Shown: positions 11,623 through 24,938 of the stretch, one piece after another
Layout: the number at the start of each line of letters is the position of its first letter
Position numbering within the stretch: position 1 is the stretch's first letter
Origin: Octopus sinensis
Lineage: Eukaryota
Direction of reading: 5' to 3'
Assembly (NCBI RefSeq): GCF_006345805.1
Contig: NC_042999.1
Span: forward strand, 111,166,001 to 111,230,000
Length of the DNA: 64,000 nt
The notes under the pieces: model-generated
The model's input: the letters and a program-made list of their open reading frames with translations, nothing else
Told to the model about the DNA's origin: nothing
Databases searched by the model: none
Program-made: the position numbers and the translations under genes

Positions 11623-11923
11623 GTGCAATGGCCTAGAGGTTAGGGCAGCGGACTCGCGGTCGCAGGATCGCGGTTTCGATTCCCAGACCGGGCGTTGTGA
11701 GTGTTTATTGAGCGAAAACACCTAAAAGCTCCACGAGGCTCCGGCAGGGGGTGGTGATCCCTGCTGTACTCTTTCACCACTCTTTCTCCCAATCTTTCTT
11801 CTGTTGGCCTGCTCGCTTAGCCAGCGGGGTGGCGTCATTCGAAGGCTAAAACAATGCGAACGCATTGTGATCAGGGATGTGTAACAACATCTGATGGTCT
11901 GGTCGGTCACGTGATCACGTGAT
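11621..11923 (+). mobile_element. tRNA-derived SINE, family C (copy 2)
   Basis: A box TGGCCTAGAGG, B box GTTTCGATTCC; body colinear with 3071-3365; ends in (TA)n. Confidence 0.85.
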
Positions 11924-12374
11924 ATATATATATATATAAATATATATTATGTTATATGATTGAACACCACGCATCCATTTCCAAGTAAGTTTATCTTAAT
12001 GATTTTGATGCCACTCTGCCCTGTACTGATATCTCTCCTTCTCCCTCGCTCTCGCTCTCTTTCCCTTTCGTTTTCTCTCTTTTCCTTTCTCTAATTCTTT
12101 CTTTCTCCCCTTCTCCCCCTTTCGTTTTTCTCTCTCATCCTTTCTCTAATTCTTCTTTCTCCCCTACACTATTTTCTATCTGTTTCTGTCTCTTTCTCTC
12201 CCTCTTCCTCCTTTACTATCTCTCGTTGCTCACACGTGATCATCGTCCATCTTTCTTTTCCTTCAGTCTGTCGCACAGACCAGACGCATTCTTATCTGTC
12301 TCCTCTCTTATCTTTTCTCTTGTCAAAGAATATTCTTCCAGCGTTCGCTACCTCACCAACTCCTCATCAATACA

Positions 12375-12407
<33 letters not shown>

Positions 12408-12424
12408 GCAGAGCAACACTGTTA

Positions 12425-13745
12425 GGTAAATGGCTGGTTGGATTCTGAGATCATTCAGAACCAGGAGAAAGGATGTTATGCTACTTCCGTGGAGAACTTT
12501 TATACTCAGTCATCTGGATTTCTACTCCCAACCGTGTTCACCACAAAATATCAAATTGGTAGAGGAACTTGAAACAATCAAGCGCGACTATAAAAAGAAG
12601 ATTGATCCAGTGCAACAGGTTAGCTACTGGGAGAGACAAAAGGAATTGAAGCACAATTCCTTCATCAAGAATAAAGACCCAGTACTCTAACAGTTTGGGT
12701 TTCAAGGACCCAACAACTGTTCAACATTTTTCCAAACAAGCTCAGAGATTTGCGAGGCGTAGAATTGGAGGTCTTCAAAGAAAATCTGGACAAATTTTCA
12801 TTTGAGATACCAGACGAAACCACATTGCGGCATGAGGAACAAAGAACATAGTTTCAAACTTTTTGTGGTTTTCGTCACTGCATGTCAAAATCTTAAAAAA
12901 AAATTAATTAATGTATCATACAGATGTAAGTTTTGACGCTGAATCCGAATTTGTTATTCATTTATTTTAAAAAAAATTTGCGAAAATGTTACAGGTGTTC
13001 AAAATTTGATAATTTTCTGCCAATCAGAAAGCAGCGCGTACGCTGCCTCTTTCATCATCGGGGTGGGGTGGGGGGCACTGGCATATCGAAACATATCGAA
13101 ACGTTAAACTAGCCACAATAAAGAATAAAAAACGTTAAAACATTCGTGACCTTCCAACCAAGTACCTTTTAGATACATTGTAGCCTCTCCGTTGGCAACG
13201 GCAATAAAATTTCCCACGAATTTTTTTCCCCCATGGAAATTTTTTCCTCGTCACTGTTCTAAAATCTCTATATCGTTCTAGAATTAAATTCCTTCTGTTA
13301 TAGATCACGTGGTGGCTACACTCTTTGTGCGCATGCGCAGTATCTTTGGTTACTATGGAAACGGAGTTCTTTGAAATCGGCTATAGAACACGTGGCGCTT
13401 CTTTGCTCTGGTTACTGTGGAAACAGAGTTCTTTGACACGGTGATGTGTAGAATACTCGCTTCTGATTGGCTAAAATACCCACATTTTGGAAATTTTAAA
13501 GGCTAATAGTTTTTTAATTATGGATTTATAGGGAAAATAAATTTCATTTTCATAATTAGTATACAAAACTTAATCCATATACCAAATTTAAAAGCAACTG
13601 GAACAAAATTGTAGACAGTCACGAAAACCACGAAGATCCTAGTTCCATACAACTCCCTACTTCACCAGAAGCAATGTTGTAAAAAACCAAATCACACTAA
13701 AAAGGCGATGCCTTAGCATGGCCTCAGCTCCTGACTGTAGCTAGT
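12425..13745 (+). pseudogene. CR1-type LINE 3' fragment, split by a DNA-transposon insertion (~12850-13645)
   Basis: GWILRSFRTR..FILSHLDFYSQPCSP..SYWERQKELK, then NSLGFQGP..LFNIFPNKLRDLRGV..FKENLDKF..IPDE across a frameshift, matching the CR1 post-RT consensus. Tail-like sequence resumes at ~13650-13745. Confidence 0.8.
12850..13645. mobile_element. Non-autonomous DNA transposon (MITE-like), superfamily unresolved
   Basis: Inverted repeat GTGGTTTTCGTCACTG (12865-12880) vs CAGTCACGAAAACCAC (13616-13631), 15/16 match. Inner CCAATCAG/CTGATTGG inverted pair; internal ~60-bp tandem duplication near 13345-13440. Exact ends and TSD unclear. Confidence 0.65.
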
Positions 13746-13849
13746 GACCCCGCCAAGTCCGAAGAATGTGCATCAGCTGTCGATCAACTTGAAACATTCA
13801 CTGTTAACGTGCGAAGCAGTTCAGTATTCCGCAGAAACTTTTATCCTTA

Positions 13850-14074
13850 TTCTTTTACTATTTTACTTGTTTCAATCATTTGACTGCAGCCATGCTGGAG
13901 CACCGCCTTTAGTCGAGCAAATCGAACCCAGGACTTATTCTTTGTAAGCCTAGTACTTACTCTATCGGTCTCTTTTGCCGAACCGCTAAGATACGGGGAC
14001 GTAAACACACCAGCATCGGTTGTCAAGCAATGTTGGGAGGACAAACACAGACACACAAATATATACATACATGT

Positions 14075-14142
<68 letters not shown>

Positions 14143-14280
14143 ACATATACGACGGGCTTCTTTCCGTTTCCGTCTGCCAAATCCACTCACAAGGCTTTGG
14201 TCGGCCCGGGGCTATAGTTGAAGACACTTGCCCAAGTTGCCACGCAGTGAGACTGAACCCGGAACGATGTGGTTGGTAGT
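13850..14280 (-). mobile_element. tRNA-derived SINE, family A (internal (TA)n(TG)n microsatellite)
   Basis: Colinear with copies at 15997, 21548, 28495 and 30383. Head carries a CORE-like TTGGGCAAG motif; tail GGCGGTGCTCCAGCATGG..TGACTGAAACAAGTAAAA. Confidence 0.88.
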
Positions 14281-14488
14281 TCAGCGTAACGCAGTGTGAC
14301 AAGGCTGAACGTCTGAATTTACCCATTCGACGGTCATCTCGGTTTCTGTTTATCAAATTTCTTTCACTTGATGTTGGTGTATCCGAAGCCATAGAAAGGG
14401 GACATAAAGGAGCTATGAGACATTGTGGTTGCAAAGCAAACTTTTTAACCACTCACTCATCCTAACATCTATATATATCTGTGTATAA

Positions 14489-14900
14489 GGCGGCGAGCTG
14501 GCAGAAACATTAGCACGCCGGGTGAAATGCGTAGCCGTATTTCGTCTGCCGATACGTTCTGATTTCAAATTCCGCCGAGGTCGACTTTGCCTTTCATCCT
14601 TTCGGAGTTGATAAATTGAGTACCATTTACGTACTGGGGTCGATATAATCGACTTAATCCGTTTGTCTGTCCTTGTCTGTCCTCTCTGTGTTTAGCCCCT
14701 TGTGGGTAGTAAAAAAATAGGTATTTTATCCGTCTTTATGTTCTGAGTTCAAATTCCGCCGAGGTTGACCTTGCCTTTCATCCTTTCGGGGTCGATAAAT
14801 AAAGTACCAGTTACGCACTGGGGTCGATATAATCGACTTACTCCCTTTGTCTGTCCTTGTTTGTCCCCTCTATGTTTAGCCCCTTGTAGGCAATAAAGAA
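14489..14900 (+). mobile_element. tRNA-derived SINE, family B, head-to-tail dimer
   Basis: Head GGCGGCGAGCTGGCAGAAAC..GTTCTGA(G)TTCAAATTCCGCC, central GCCTTTCATCCTTTCGGGGTCGATAAA motif. Second unit starts at ~14720 without the first ~45 nt; ends CAATAAAGAA. Confidence 0.88.
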
Positions 14901-15996
14901 ATATATGTATCTGTGTATGCATGTGAGAGCGTGTGTGTGCGTGTATATGCGTGTGTGTGCGCTCGTGTTTGCGGGCGTAAGTCTTTGTGTGTCAGTATGC
15001 AAATTGAACAAGGAGCAGGTGGGGAGGGGGCGCTGGAATAAAATGAATAATTCATGGGTAAAAATACTTAGAAGATAAATTTTAAATTTTAAGAAATTAA
15101 AAATAATAACATATATATATATTTATTTATGTTTATGTGTGTGGGGGGGGGGTGGCAAAATGAAAATTATAATTAAAAATGTATGAATAAATTAAATATT
15201 GTTTAAAATTAAATGGAAATAAAAGAAATTTAGGAGGTTAAAGGAAAGGCATGACAGAGGCGGATGCAGAGAAAAGAAAAATATCGCCTGTGGCAAGAAA
15301 ATTAATATAGACGTAAATGTAAATTATTATACAAGTAAATGTTTTGAGATGTTGATGTTTTTACGTTGGTGTTCCATGTACATAAATTTAGTAATCAAAG
15401 ATTTTCAACGTGTTTGTAGTTAAAATAGTCTCAAAAAGTAGCGGTCTTTGTGCAGATAGATTGAATTTGGTCGTGTTTCTTATCTAATAACAATGCAAAG
15501 TCTGTTTGAATATTAAATTTCTCTGCTTAATAAGTTTGGCATTTGTTGGAACTTTTGGTGTTTTAAATAACTCATTAGTCTATCTTTATATGATTTTGTC
15601 GTTGAAATTACAAACGTATATAGACAATGTTGTATGCTGTGTTTCTTTTGTTGTAATATCGAAAAGGAATGAGAGGTTGGATACAATGGCGTTTTGAAGA
15701 AGTTAGTTACAAGACCGATATATGACTATATCATCAGACAAAGATGGTTTTATTTTACAAATACTTTGTCCGAGCACTTTCCATTGAAAGGACATTAAGT
15801 AGTAGCACTGCAGAGAAATGAATTTTGTATTGTATAATTTCTTCTATTAATCTACGATAATAAAATGCAATACATGTCAATTAATTATAACTAATTTTCA
15901 GATGTTTGTAGTATATACATACAAGTTTGAGAAGAGCTTATAATTAGGTGTGATAAATAAACTGTAAAACATAACTAGTCAAATAAATCTAAGAAT

Positions 15997-16150
15997 AGGC
16001 GCAGACGTGACAGTGTGGTAAGAAGCGTGCTTCCCAACCACATGGTTCCGGGTTCCGTCACACTGCGCAACACCTTGGTCAACCAAAGCCTTGTGAGTAG
16101 ATTTGGTAGACAGAAACTGAAAGAAACCTGTCGTATATATATATATATAT

Positions 16151-16182
<32 letters not shown>

Positions 16183-16458
16183 ATATCTATATATACATAT
16201 ATATATATATATGTATGTATATATGTATATATATGTGTGTGTGTGTGTGTGTCTGTGTCTGTGTGTCTGCCTGTCTGTGTTTGTCCCCTCACCATCACTT
16301 GACAACCGATGTTTACATCCTCGAAACTTAGCTGTTCGACAAAAGAGACGAATAGAATAAATACTAGGCTTACAAAGGATAAGTCTTGGGGTCGATTTTT
16401 TCGACTAAAGGCGCTGTTCCAGCATTGTCGCATTCAGATGACTGACACGTGTAAAAGG
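15997..16458 (+). mobile_element. SINE family A copy (diverged)
   Basis: tRNA-like head, internal (TA)n(TG)n, family A tail. Confidence 0.8.
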
Positions 16459-17835
16459 CTGATTTGTGCTTCGTGGATGCAACAAAGAGACGGGTCTCAG
16501 ATTTAGAAAAAGAGAGTAGTCATTTATATGGCCCGACATACTTGACTGGGATTCCTTTTATCGACCCCAGAAAAGTCATCGTCAATGATGACTTTAGCTG
16601 GGTTTGAACTTAGGGCGTGAAGAGCCGGAACAAATACCTCAAAACATTTTGTCTGATTTTCCAACGGTTTTGTGAATTTACTATCTTGAAAGTACTGATA
16701 TTGGTATAAATCCAAATACAGTGGATTAGTATTGCCTTTTGAGGGTCGGGTAAAAATAAATACTAAGTGGCATTTATTCTGGTACTTTATATTCTGACCC
16801 CCTCCTGGGGTCAACTTTGCTGTTCATGTTTCTGAGTCCGTTATAAAAAAAAGTACTAGACAAGCGAAGCGATCAACTTAATAAACAAATCCTCTCCTAC
16901 TAAAATTTGTCCTCATGTACCTATGCTGAAATCAATATTAATATAAAGCCGATGCTCTGGGTTATAATTACTTTGATTTGTTCTTTTTCGTATGAAATTA
17001 ACGGTATTTAAAGGAGATTAAATACATCGGTATGACGTTCATTCCTATTTCAGGGGTTCAGTGTTTGTTTTTTTAAGGAAGGTGAAGTGAACATACGCGC
17101 AAAAAATTTTCAAAACTGAAAAAAAAATTAAAGATACAAGTATAGAAATACAGAAAAAAATGTTTTGTACTAAAATAATCTCTAGAATGAAATTGAATAA
17201 ATATTGTAAATGAATATTGAAAATAAATATCGCAAGTGATTTAAAAAGTTAGAAAAACATAGAAAGATGGAAAGTTAGAAAATATTATTTCGTGATTTTA
17301 AAAAAATCGAGAAAATTCTGCAAAATTTTTGGAACATTAAAAAATAAATTTTAGGGACATAAAAAAAGGTAATAAATTAGGAAAATAAGAGTCCTGAAAA
17401 TATAAATAAAAAAAGAAATTAGGAATTTTTTAAGAGATTGCATGGATGTGACCCAAGAAATATCTGAAAAGATTGAAAGTAAATTTCAAAGAAAAATCCA
17501 TAGGATTATTTGATATTTACTATTGCTGTTGGTATAATTATTTTCTGTTGCTTTTGTGTGTAAGTTTTGTAGTTGCTATTGTAATTGTTATTGTTGTTGC
17601 TCCGGATGTTGGTGTATGAGTACCAGTCAAATTTCTGACCAAATAACCACGAACTGAGTAGTGTAAAGGAAAACGTGTCTGCTCGGTAAATATAAAAACC
17701 AAGTAAAACAATGATAAGAGCAATACAACACTATGAGTGCGTAATGATGGTTGTTGTTTGTTGGAAAGATATACAGACGTATGCGAGTGCTTGCGTGCGA
17801 ATTGTTTAACACAAATGTTTCCAAATTTCTTTTTC

Positions 17836-18049
17836 TCTTTTATTGTTTTACTCGCTTCATCATTTGACTGTCATAATGCTGGAGCACCGCCTTTTAGTTG
17901 GACAAATCGACCCCAGACTTATTCTCTTATTCTTTGCAATCCTAGTACTTATTATATCGGCCTCTTATGCCGAACAGCTAATGTTATGGGGACATGGTAG
18001 TGGGGACAAACACAGATACAAGCACACACAAGCACACACACACACACAC

Positions 18050-18084
<35 letters not shown>

Positions 18085-19005
18085 TACATATGTGGGAAAT
18101 TCTGTCCGTAGGTGTTTGTGGAGTTGTTAGCTATCTCCTCCTAAATCATTTTATCGATTTTGGTGAAACTTGACACGTGATTAGAACACATGTCTAGAAA
18201 CCTCATGACATACTCAGATTGTTGAAAAAATATCGATAATAGGGTCCCTGGAATGGATCTTTATATATATATATATATACTTTATCTTAAAAGCCGAGGG
18301 ACATAACACATTCACACCTGGAAGGGATCCTTATATATAACCAAGGGGAATAACCCATTTATTTCCTAAATCATCTGGTAAAAATGAAATTGAGTATGCT
18401 TATTTCTTAGTATTCGAACTGTTAGAATTATTTTCGCAATTTATCCAATACAACCCTTAAACAAGTAATTAGTATTTTCCTGAACAATAGATCCACTTAT
18501 TTTGGCTAGTGATTTATTCATGAATATTCAAACACTAGCGTTCTGAGGGTAATATTCTCTGGGAGCGAACAAAAGCCCTTTTCAGAGTTATTTACCTCGG
18601 ATTGTTATTATCTCATATCTGATTAGCCTTTTATTACATAACATGGTTCACGATTTTAGTATACATACCTTATTAGTATTCCCTCCTATGATCTACATAC
18701 TCTGGGAACGCATGAAAGCCCTTTTCGGGGCTACTATATTTGAATTCTTAGCATCATGTAACTAATTTCATGTTATTTCATAACTGACTTCAAAATTTGG
18801 ATATTCATAACTTATTGGGAATTCCTAAAAACAAGATCCTGTGTGGGACAGTTCGGTATTCACTGTAAATGCACAAAAACCGTTTTAACGTCTACATACT
18901 TTGTATTGTTGTTATTGGATTAGCGAAACAATTATGAGAACAGAACCAATGGATAAGCACCGCTTTCCTGGGAATTACCGGATACGTCATCTAGTATATA
19001 TATAT

Positions 19006-19041
<36 letters not shown>

Positions 19042-19200
19042 CGACGGGCTTCTTTCAGTTTCCGTCTACGAAATACACTGACAAGGCTTTGGTGAGCCCG
19101 AGGCTATAATAGAAGGCACTTACGCAAGGTGCCAGTGTAAATGATGCTGAAACCATGTGGTTGGGAATCTAGCTTCTTACCACGCAGTCACGTCCTCGCC
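17836..19200 (-). mobile_element. SINE family A copy split by a Helitron-like insertion
   Basis: 3' half at ~17836-18060 and 5' half at ~19040-19200, both on the minus strand, separated inside the internal microsatellite. Confidence 0.8.
18083..18994 (+). mobile_element. Non-autonomous Helitron-like element
   Basis: 5' CTACATATGTGGGAAATTCTGTCCGT..CTCCTAAATC..ATCGATTTTGGTGAAACTTG resembles Helitron/HINE 5' blocks. 3' degenerate GC hairpin then CTAG(T) at 18991-18994; internal imperfect subrepeats. Confidence 0.55.
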
Positions 19201-20511
19201 ATATAAACATATATACATACATATGATATATATATATGTATATATACATACACACATGTATATATATATATACATACATATATAATATATTTATATATAA
19301 TATTATATTATATTGTATATGTAATACATTTGTATGTGTGTTTGTTCCTTTGTATATATTATACTATAGTATAATGAATATTTCTTTAACTGAACTGAAC
19401 AGAAATCAAACTTCATTTTACTTATTTATTGGTTTCCCGTAAAACAAATGTTGGTGACAGGGTACTATCGGGTGATGGGTGGTGACAGTGAAAGAAGATA
19501 TTGGTAGTATTGCTGGTGGTAAATGTTGTAGTTTTCATAGTACAGATACACGTATTATTATTAGTAGTAGTAGTGGTAGTAATGTACAGCTTTAAAACCA
19601 TTGTTCTTTGATATTATTAGATTTCTTTACAGAAGTGATAGGGTTAAGTTTGTAAATGTCGGAGCTGTTATTGTTGTTGATGATTATATACTTGTAGTTG
19701 TTTGTTTGTTTGTTTTTTTCTTTTGTTCTTCTTCTGTTCATTTTGGTAGTCGTTGTTCTTGTGGTTATAGTAGTTTTGTCTGAGATTTAGAAAAAAAAAA
19801 TTTTTTTTCTCTTGAACGCCATGTCATCGCATCACATAAAGCGTTTCCCTCTTATTTCATCAGACTTTCGGAGACACAACATGCACCACTGCCGTCGCCG
19901 TCACTACCATTATCAGCCCCTCCACACCACCACCATCACCACCATCACCACCACCACCACCACCACCACCATCATTTATTCCCATCATATATACATGTGT
20001 GTGTGTGTGCGTGTGTGTGTGTGTGTACGTGCGTACGTGTGTGTGTGTATTGTATTCCAACTTTGTCCTGACTTCCTTCTTTCGTTACTTCTGTCCTTTT
20101 TTCCTTCCTTCCTTTGAAAGTTCTCCATTCTATTTTCCTGCTATATTTCCAACCACCCACCGCCCTCCACACAAACTCTCATTGGCACTCACATGCATAC
20201 ATCCTGAATCGCGTGCATGCGCACACATATACATTCGCAAATTCATCCACAGCCATCTTCAATGAAATACTCAAATGCAAACATACAGACATGCGCGCAC
20301 GCAAACACACACACACACACACACATATATAACACACTTTTAGATATACGTATATATACATATACATACGCGCAGATATACACGCGTACAAGCACGTACA
20401 CATATATACATACGTATTACGCAGGTAAAAACACACATACCTATGCACAACTGCATGACTGACGCATACACGTATACATTCAGTGACACACAATGATGTA
20501 CACATACATAC

Positions 20512-20542
<31 letters not shown>

Positions 20543-21118
20543 CTTACATACATACACACATACATATATATATACATATGCACATATATATATACATATG
20601 CACAGATGCAGACACGCACATATGCACGTGCTTACTCACATGTGCACGTATTCATAAATCTACACAAATACGTGTATACGTACACATTCATTAATATAAT
20701 AATATATATACAAATGTTCTTACACGCACGCAGACACGACTGACATACTCGTACTAACTCAGTCCAATACACACATACATTCATTTCCTGTGTACACAGC
20801 TTGAAATATATACATACACGCATTCCCATAAATATATACACACAAGTACACATGCCCTCACTCACGGAAATGCACGATGTACATGACTTACATACTTATA
20901 CGCCTACACAAACATTAATTCAAGCATAGACACTTTAAAATGCGTAAATATATATATAGACAAATTTACTCTCATACACGCACACACACATGCTCACAAA
21001 CACACACACACATGCACACACACACACACACAAGACTCATGTATAAAAATTCCGCTCTCACTTACATATACATACACCTGATTCATACTTCTAAAACACC
21101 TTTAGTGGAATGAATGCT

Positions 21119-21150
<32 letters not shown>

Positions 21151-21450
21151 CATACATATAATACATATATATATACATATATATATATATACAGAGAGAG
21201 AGAGACAGACAGAGGCAGAGACAGATAGAGACAGACAGACTGACAGACAAATAGACAGATAGATATATATGCTTACATGTGCGTATGTATACATGTATAT
21301 ATGTATATGTGTGTGTGCATATATACATATACATAATGCACACATACATATATATGTCATATATGTATATATATATATATATATATGTATACTATATTAT
21401 ATATATATATATGTTCATTATATATATATATATAATATATATGATCATAA

Positions 21451-21513
<63 letters not shown>

Positions 21514-21547
21514 CATGTTTAGATATTATATATCTCTTTCTCTTTTC

Positions 21548-21939
21548 TCTCTTTTACTTGTTTCAGTCATTTGACTGCGGCCATGCTGGAACACCGCCTT
21601 TAATCGAGCAACTCGACCCCGGGCTTATTCTTTGTAAGCCCAAGTACTTATTCTATCGGTCTCTTTTGCCGAACCGCTAAGTTACGGGGACATAAACACA
21701 CCAGCATCGGTTGTCAAGCAATGCTAGGGGGACAAACACAGACACACAAACACACACACATACATATATATGAATACATATATACGACGGACTTCTTTCA
21801 GTTTCCGTCTACCAAATCCACTCACAAGGCTTTAGTCGGCCCGAAGCTATAGTAGAAGACACTTGCCCAATGTGCCACGCAGTGGGACTGAACCCGGAAC
21901 CATGTGGTTGGTAAACAAGCTACTTACCACACAGCCACT

Positions 21940-21942
<3 letters not shown>
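21548..21942 (-). mobile_element. SINE family A, well-preserved full copy
   Basis: Reverse complement starts AGGAGTGGCTGTGTGGTAAGTAGCTTG..GGTTCAGTCCC (A/B boxes); full body and tail. Confidence 0.9.
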
Positions 21943-21982
<40 letters not shown>

Positions 21983-22496
21983 GTGTATATGTATGTATGA
22001 ATGTTTGCAAGTATAATTTGGTTAATAACCTTATAGAGTGCTTTCCAAAGCTCCTCAAAATGTATCGGCTACCAAATGCTATCATACAGTAGGACTTCTT
22101 TCACTGGATATACATGTGGAAGTCTGAGCATGAATGGCACACTATTAATACATCTGTCACATGCACATGTGTACATAAGAACATCCACACACAGGCACCT
22201 TCGAACATATGTTTTTTTACACATGCACACATCCGTTTATAAGGACATGCACATGTAGGACTAAAGGATACTGGTTTATATATGTATATATTTGTATTAA
22301 TGCAAACAACTTCACACTCAAATGTATATATCTATTATCCATTTATATACTTATGCGAACCTAGTTACCACGAGGAAAACGTAGAGAGCGCGGAAGGAGC
22401 GGAAGGAGTGAGATGACAACGTATTTATGTTTGTATGCCTGTCTGCATGTATGTATATATGCACACGCTACGATATATATATACACATACATACAT

Positions 22497-22577
<81 letters not shown>

Positions 22578-22911
22578 TATATATATTATATATATATACA
22601 CACACACATAATATATATACAAACACTTTTCTATATATGCATATAAATATATGTATATATACACATGAACTTATATATGTACATATAAAAATATTGTATC
22701 GACATATAAAAATATATATACTTATATTCACATATACACACAAGCGCGCCAATGCACACACATACACACACACACACGTAACGCATGGAGTTTTGTGTGT
22801 GTATATGTATATATATATATATGCCTGCATACAAATAATCAAGTATGCAAACATACTTTCTCAAGGATAAGAACAGACTTACACCTATGGCCACAGACAT
22901 ATTACACGCAC

Positions 22912-22942
<31 letters not shown>

Positions 22943-23043
22943 ACGCTTACACTCAAACACACACATACACAAATACATGCACTCACGCATGCAAACATAC
23001 ACAAACAAACAAGCTGACATCCCTGCTCAAGCACGTATATATA

Positions 23044-23075
<32 letters not shown>

Positions 23076-24379
23076 ATATATATATGTCCCTAAAAACATG
23101 CACAGACACTGATACCTCCGTTCAACATATAGATCAACTTAATTCTTTCAGTGTTTTTCTTTTCTCGTCTATGAAGGGTGGGGAAGGGGTATTATTGTTT
23201 GTTTATTTTTCCTTTCATTCCATTCCTTGTTCACCTTGGCTCTATTTTTTTTTTATTTTCACGTAAAAAGTTTTTCAAAAAATGTCTTTCGATTCCTATA
23301 CTTTTTTCTTACTTTTCAAGCTAGTCGTCGTCACCGACATCATGCTCAACTTCTCCACCTCCACCACACCTCCCTCCTCCTCGCCGTTGTCATCATCATT
23401 ATCATCGTCATCATTATCATGATCGTCGTCCTCCTCCTCCTCCTCCTCCTCGTCATTATCATCATTCTCGTCATCATCGTTGTGGTCATTATTATAATCG
23501 TTACTATAGTTATTGTATTCGTCGTCGACGATATCATGATTACCATTGTTGTCGTCGTCATCAAACCCTCCGCCTATTCCTCATATTCCTCCTCCTCCCT
23601 CTCTCATCATCATCATCATCAATACGATCATCATTGACACATCCGGTTTAAATTATAAACCCGCACCCACAGTGGCGCAATTTTTCACTTGCTCCTATTC
23701 AAAGTACTGAGCGCCAAGATGAATCGTTTCTAGAATTCCACACTTTCATAGCATCAGCTTGGTAGTCTCTTCTTTTACTTTCATAGCATCAACCTGATAT
23801 CTCTTCCTTTAGTCAGAATGATCTATTGATGATAGATTTTCATAATCGAGGAACTGGTCACATCACAGTATGATACCAAATCATTTTCAATTTCCCAGTG
23901 ACACCCCCCTCATCCCAACTCTTTATTTCTGATATTAAAATGCTAAAGACAGAATCCTGTGGTGTAAAAAAATATGTCATGTAATAGAAAGGGGATGGTG
24001 AATGTGCGTGTGTGATCGTGTGAGAAAGAAAGAGATTCCAATGGACGCTAGTGACACCTGCACATATACACACACCTTCACACACATGCGAATGCTATTG
24101 ATGCACACATACACACACATTCTCACACACACACGCACATATAAACGCGCACGCACACATGTATAGTTTTGCCGCCGAGGGTACCATCAGGAAATATAGC
24201 ATACATCATAAATAAGTATTTAAATTTTAAAAAAATTGTTGGCGCTTATACGAAATAATAAAATGAATATTAATTTTCAAAAAGAAAATACATATTGCCT
24301 TAAATTATAATCAAATAAGCAATATTCAAAAAGTATCTATTATGCATGATATAATACGTGTATGTGAGTGTGTGTATGC

Positions 24380-24434
<55 letters not shown>

Positions 24435-24851
24435 TGCGTGCGTGTGTGTGTGTGCAAATACGACTTAAAAACAGCAGTAATAATATATCTATCTTTGCGG
24501 GAGCACCTGTTTTATCAAAGGCGTATCTTGTCGTGAAATGCTCGAAATACGGATTATAAAAACAGCCGACAACTGATGAAGAGTCGTTCTTTATGTTGTA
24601 TGTCTTGCCATCCATTTGTTTCCTTCGTTGTCCGCAAAAACTGTTTATATTCCATGTATTCGTATTTAGTATTCTATATTTTCGTTTTTTTGTTGTTCAC
24701 GTTCTGTGACTTCCTGTGCCCACACATGCATCTGTATATACGTATACATGTAAGTACATATACGTATGTATATATGCATATATATATATATATATACTAT
24801 TTATATATATATGTACATACATATATATAGATAAACACATATGTATTATTA

Positions 24852-24883
<32 letters not shown>

Positions 24884-24884
24884 C

Positions 24885-24938
<54 letters not shown>

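Noticed and set aside
11621-11695. tRNA-like sequences at SINE heads (also ~3290-3365, 14489-14580, 21870-21942)
   Set aside because: They continue into SINE bodies and lack complete cloverleafs; not tRNA genes.
19835-19872. Minus-strand CUGAUGA..GAAAC motif
   Set aside because: Stem II cannot pair and the cleavage triplet lacks the conserved U.
24535-24590. CTCGAAA..CTGATGAAGAG arrangement suggesting a type II hammerhead
   Set aside because: Stems I and III cannot be formed convincingly.
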